Assembly: GCA_038087875.1 (NCBI GenBank)
Contig: CM075989.1
Coordinates: 15,626,001 to 15,690,000, forward strand
Reading direction: 5' to 3'
Length of the DNA: 64,000 bases
Origin: Malacoraja senta
Taxonomy: Eukaryota
In this document: positions 61,568 through 64,000 of the stretch, piece after piece
Numbering within the stretch: the stretch's first letter is position 1
Layout: the number at the start of each line of letters is the position of its first letter
Notes under the pieces: generated by a model
What the model was told of the DNA's origin: nothing
Databases searched by the model: none
What the model saw: the letters and a program-made list of their open reading frames with translations, nothing else
Position numbers and translations under genes: made by a program

Positions 61568-62897
61568 GTGGGGAAAAGACAACTGTTCATCAGTTTGAAG
61601 CATCACTGCATTGCATATATATTTTTTTTAAACTCTCATTAATGTTACATAATATGCATTAATAATATTTGCATCCATGCGCTTTGGAAACAGTTCAAAC
61701 CTCAGCTAAATTCTTTGAACCCATTACCAAATTATTTCCATTTTGTGCATATGAGAAGCATTGTAGAGGGGTTAGTCCATGCTGATTTTGACATGAATGG
61801 TGTTGATAGGGTCTGCAAAGGGCTGAGAGCAAATCTCATTTATTAAACATGTTGGAATTGAAGGTTATTATTACATCTACTTAAAGACTGGCTTCTGTGC
61901 TGCTTGCCTGAAAACAGACAATTCATCTTCTTATCGCTTCAATCCATGCCTTGTGAATGGTTTTAACAGGACAGTTTTTTTTAAAAACATTACCAGACCG
62001 CTGCTTTTTGCCATTATGAATCAAAACGAGAGCTGTTATCCTGGGAGCTGAGCAGAGAAGATCTGGCCAGCAGGAGGAGCCGTGCTTCTGCACTTTAATG
62101 TTCCTTTCTGAATATAAACCAAAGTGTGTTTGTGGTCATTCCATTTCTCACAAGGATTCAGTGCTGAAAGCCACTTGTTGCCATGCTTGTTTATTCATGC
62201 GATACCATATGTTCTGACCTTAAGTGCACTGAAGAAGGTAATGTTGAGCAACCAAATTGAGGCACTGCGTTCCCTCTGCGCAGTGTACTCCCACAGTGCT
62301 GATAAGTAGAGAGATTCGGGATTTTGGCCCGGGTACAATGAGACAAAGGTGGTACATTTCCAGTTCAGAATGGTGTGTGAGATTGAGGCAGGCCCTGCTT
62401 GTGCTGATTCCCTGTTTCTGCTCTCCTTTTCCTTCTTGGTGGGAGCTATCATGGTTTTGGGAAGAGCCATCAAATTTTTAGTGCAGGGTGGTAAAGGGTG
62501 AAAGGAATGCATGTTTAAGCTGGTGGATGCAGTGCCTCTCAAGTGTTGATATGGAAAACCTGGATTTACCTTTCAGCCCATGCTTGATTATTGTCAGTCT
62601 TTCTGCCGCTGGCTGTGCATTGTCTTACAGCAATTGCAAGCATCACTCGCCCTGAGCAGTGATCAGCCAACATCCTACTTTATAATAATTTATCAGTGAG
62701 GTAGCCGGGAATGTTTGTGGCTGAGGCTCTAGTTGATACACCCAGAAAAATCAGGGCTAAATAAGAGAAAGCGACATGATGTGAAACTCTTGAGCAATTG
62801 CAGATCACAGTTGGTAATAATACTGTTAATCTCAATGCTCTATTAAGACTAACATTTCTGCAGTAACATTGTTCTTTTTTGTTCATGAACTCCACAG

Positions 62898-62981
62898 ATT
62901 GAAATTCTTAAGAGTAAAATCCAACACAAAGATGCAATTATTGAGAGCATGGTGGATAGGATTTCTTTCTTGGAAGCTGAG
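62898..62981 (+). CDS. myzap: MYZAP coding exon (IEILKSKIQHKDAIIESMVDRISFLEAE)
   Basis: CACAG acceptor, GAG|GTAAG donor, 84 bp. ISFLE.E motif. Confidence 0.93.
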
Positions 62982-63938
62982 GTAAGGTCTTAATGTTCAC
63001 ATACAATTAATTCAAGAACATATTCTCTTTTTATTGACACCTGTACTACATCACCTTCCCACAGTCAAATGGAAATTGAGACATTTCTTCAACATTATTT
63101 TTTTTTAATTGCCACTCACTGTGCCTTCAAGTCACCCCCACCAATCAGAGAATATTTTTAACTAACTGGTCTTCAAAGAATGTTCTCCTTCAATTAGTAA
63201 ATTGGTCTTTCTTCTAGATCACTTACAATAGTGTCCCAAAATATAATGTTTAATTCCAATCTCTTCTGGGAATTGGGGTAAGGATAGGAATCTCAAATGG
63301 GCTCCTTGAATTAAATATTCAAGTATCCCTAGAATGTGTAGGATAGTGTTAGTGTGTGAGGATCGCTGGTCAGTGTGGACTAGGTGGGCCGAAGGGCCTG
63401 TTTCCATGCTGTATCTCTAAACTAAACTACACTCAACTAAAAGTAACAGAGGTCAGGGTTGAACCCAAGTCGCTGGACTATCGGGCAGCAGCTCCAACAG
63501 CTGCACCACCTCCTATTAGTGATCATACTATTCCAATATCCAAGTAGATTTTATACATCATTAAATCTTAGTATCATCATTAATAGGAATAGGCATAAAG
63601 TACAGTAGAAAAGTTTAAGCAGAAATTAATCAGTAATGTTAAATTCCATTAACAATATTCAAAGTAGGATCAGTACTGCAGGGTTATACATTATATAATG
63701 TAATATTGTAAAATAATATTGGAATACCAGCAGACATCCTACAGCATCAATTAAAGATAAAACTGAAATGAATACCTAACTAAAGGGCCAGCCATCAAAC
63801 ACCGTCTTTTTAATACAAAGTGTTCATTTATTGATTTCACCACTCAATTGTGCACATCCTTAATTCACATGTAAAGTGTCCCCACCAAAGAAATGTCTGT
63901 TGTTTTCATGATGTATTACTTGTGTATTTGATTTCTAG

Positions 63939-64000
63939 AATAAAGAACTACAAGACAAATTGGACTACATGTTGTCACTGGATCAACGGAGAACGGTGGA
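63939..64000 (+). CDS. myzap: MYZAP coding exon, truncated by the window end (NKELQDKLDYMLSLDQRRTV...)
   Basis: TTTCTAG acceptor. Corresponds to human NNELQSRLDYL. Confidence 0.88.

Overview
This is vertebrate nuclear DNA, most likely from a cartilaginous fish (skate/ray), inferred from HE1/V-SINE-like, CR1 and Penelope-like repeats. It is not prokaryotic, and most entries in the ORF track are spurious. Two spliced + strand genes are present. The first is the last six coding exons of cingulin-like 1 (CGNL1/paracingulin; 112-26190), with an apparent frameshift in an A7 run of the penultimate exon. The second is ten consecutive coding exons of myocardial zonula adherens protein (MYZAP; 38988 to beyond the window end), whose 5' exons I could not identify. 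The CGNL1-MYZAP order matches human. Introns are rich in mobile elements: a 5'-truncated Tx1 LINE with target-site duplication (TSD), CR1 and Rex1 fragments, SINEs, hAT-like, Tc1 and Harbinger-like non-autonomous elements, and a Helitron. The most notable signal is a high-copy short repeat carrying a minimal hammerhead-ribozyme core (CTGAAGA-stem-GAAACGTC) of the Penelope type. It repeatedly occurs as fold-back palindromes flanked by 10-16 bp TSDs and is sometimes nested in copies of itself. There is a 200-N assembly gap at 27921-28120. Protein and repeat-family assignments come from recalled sequences, not database searches.
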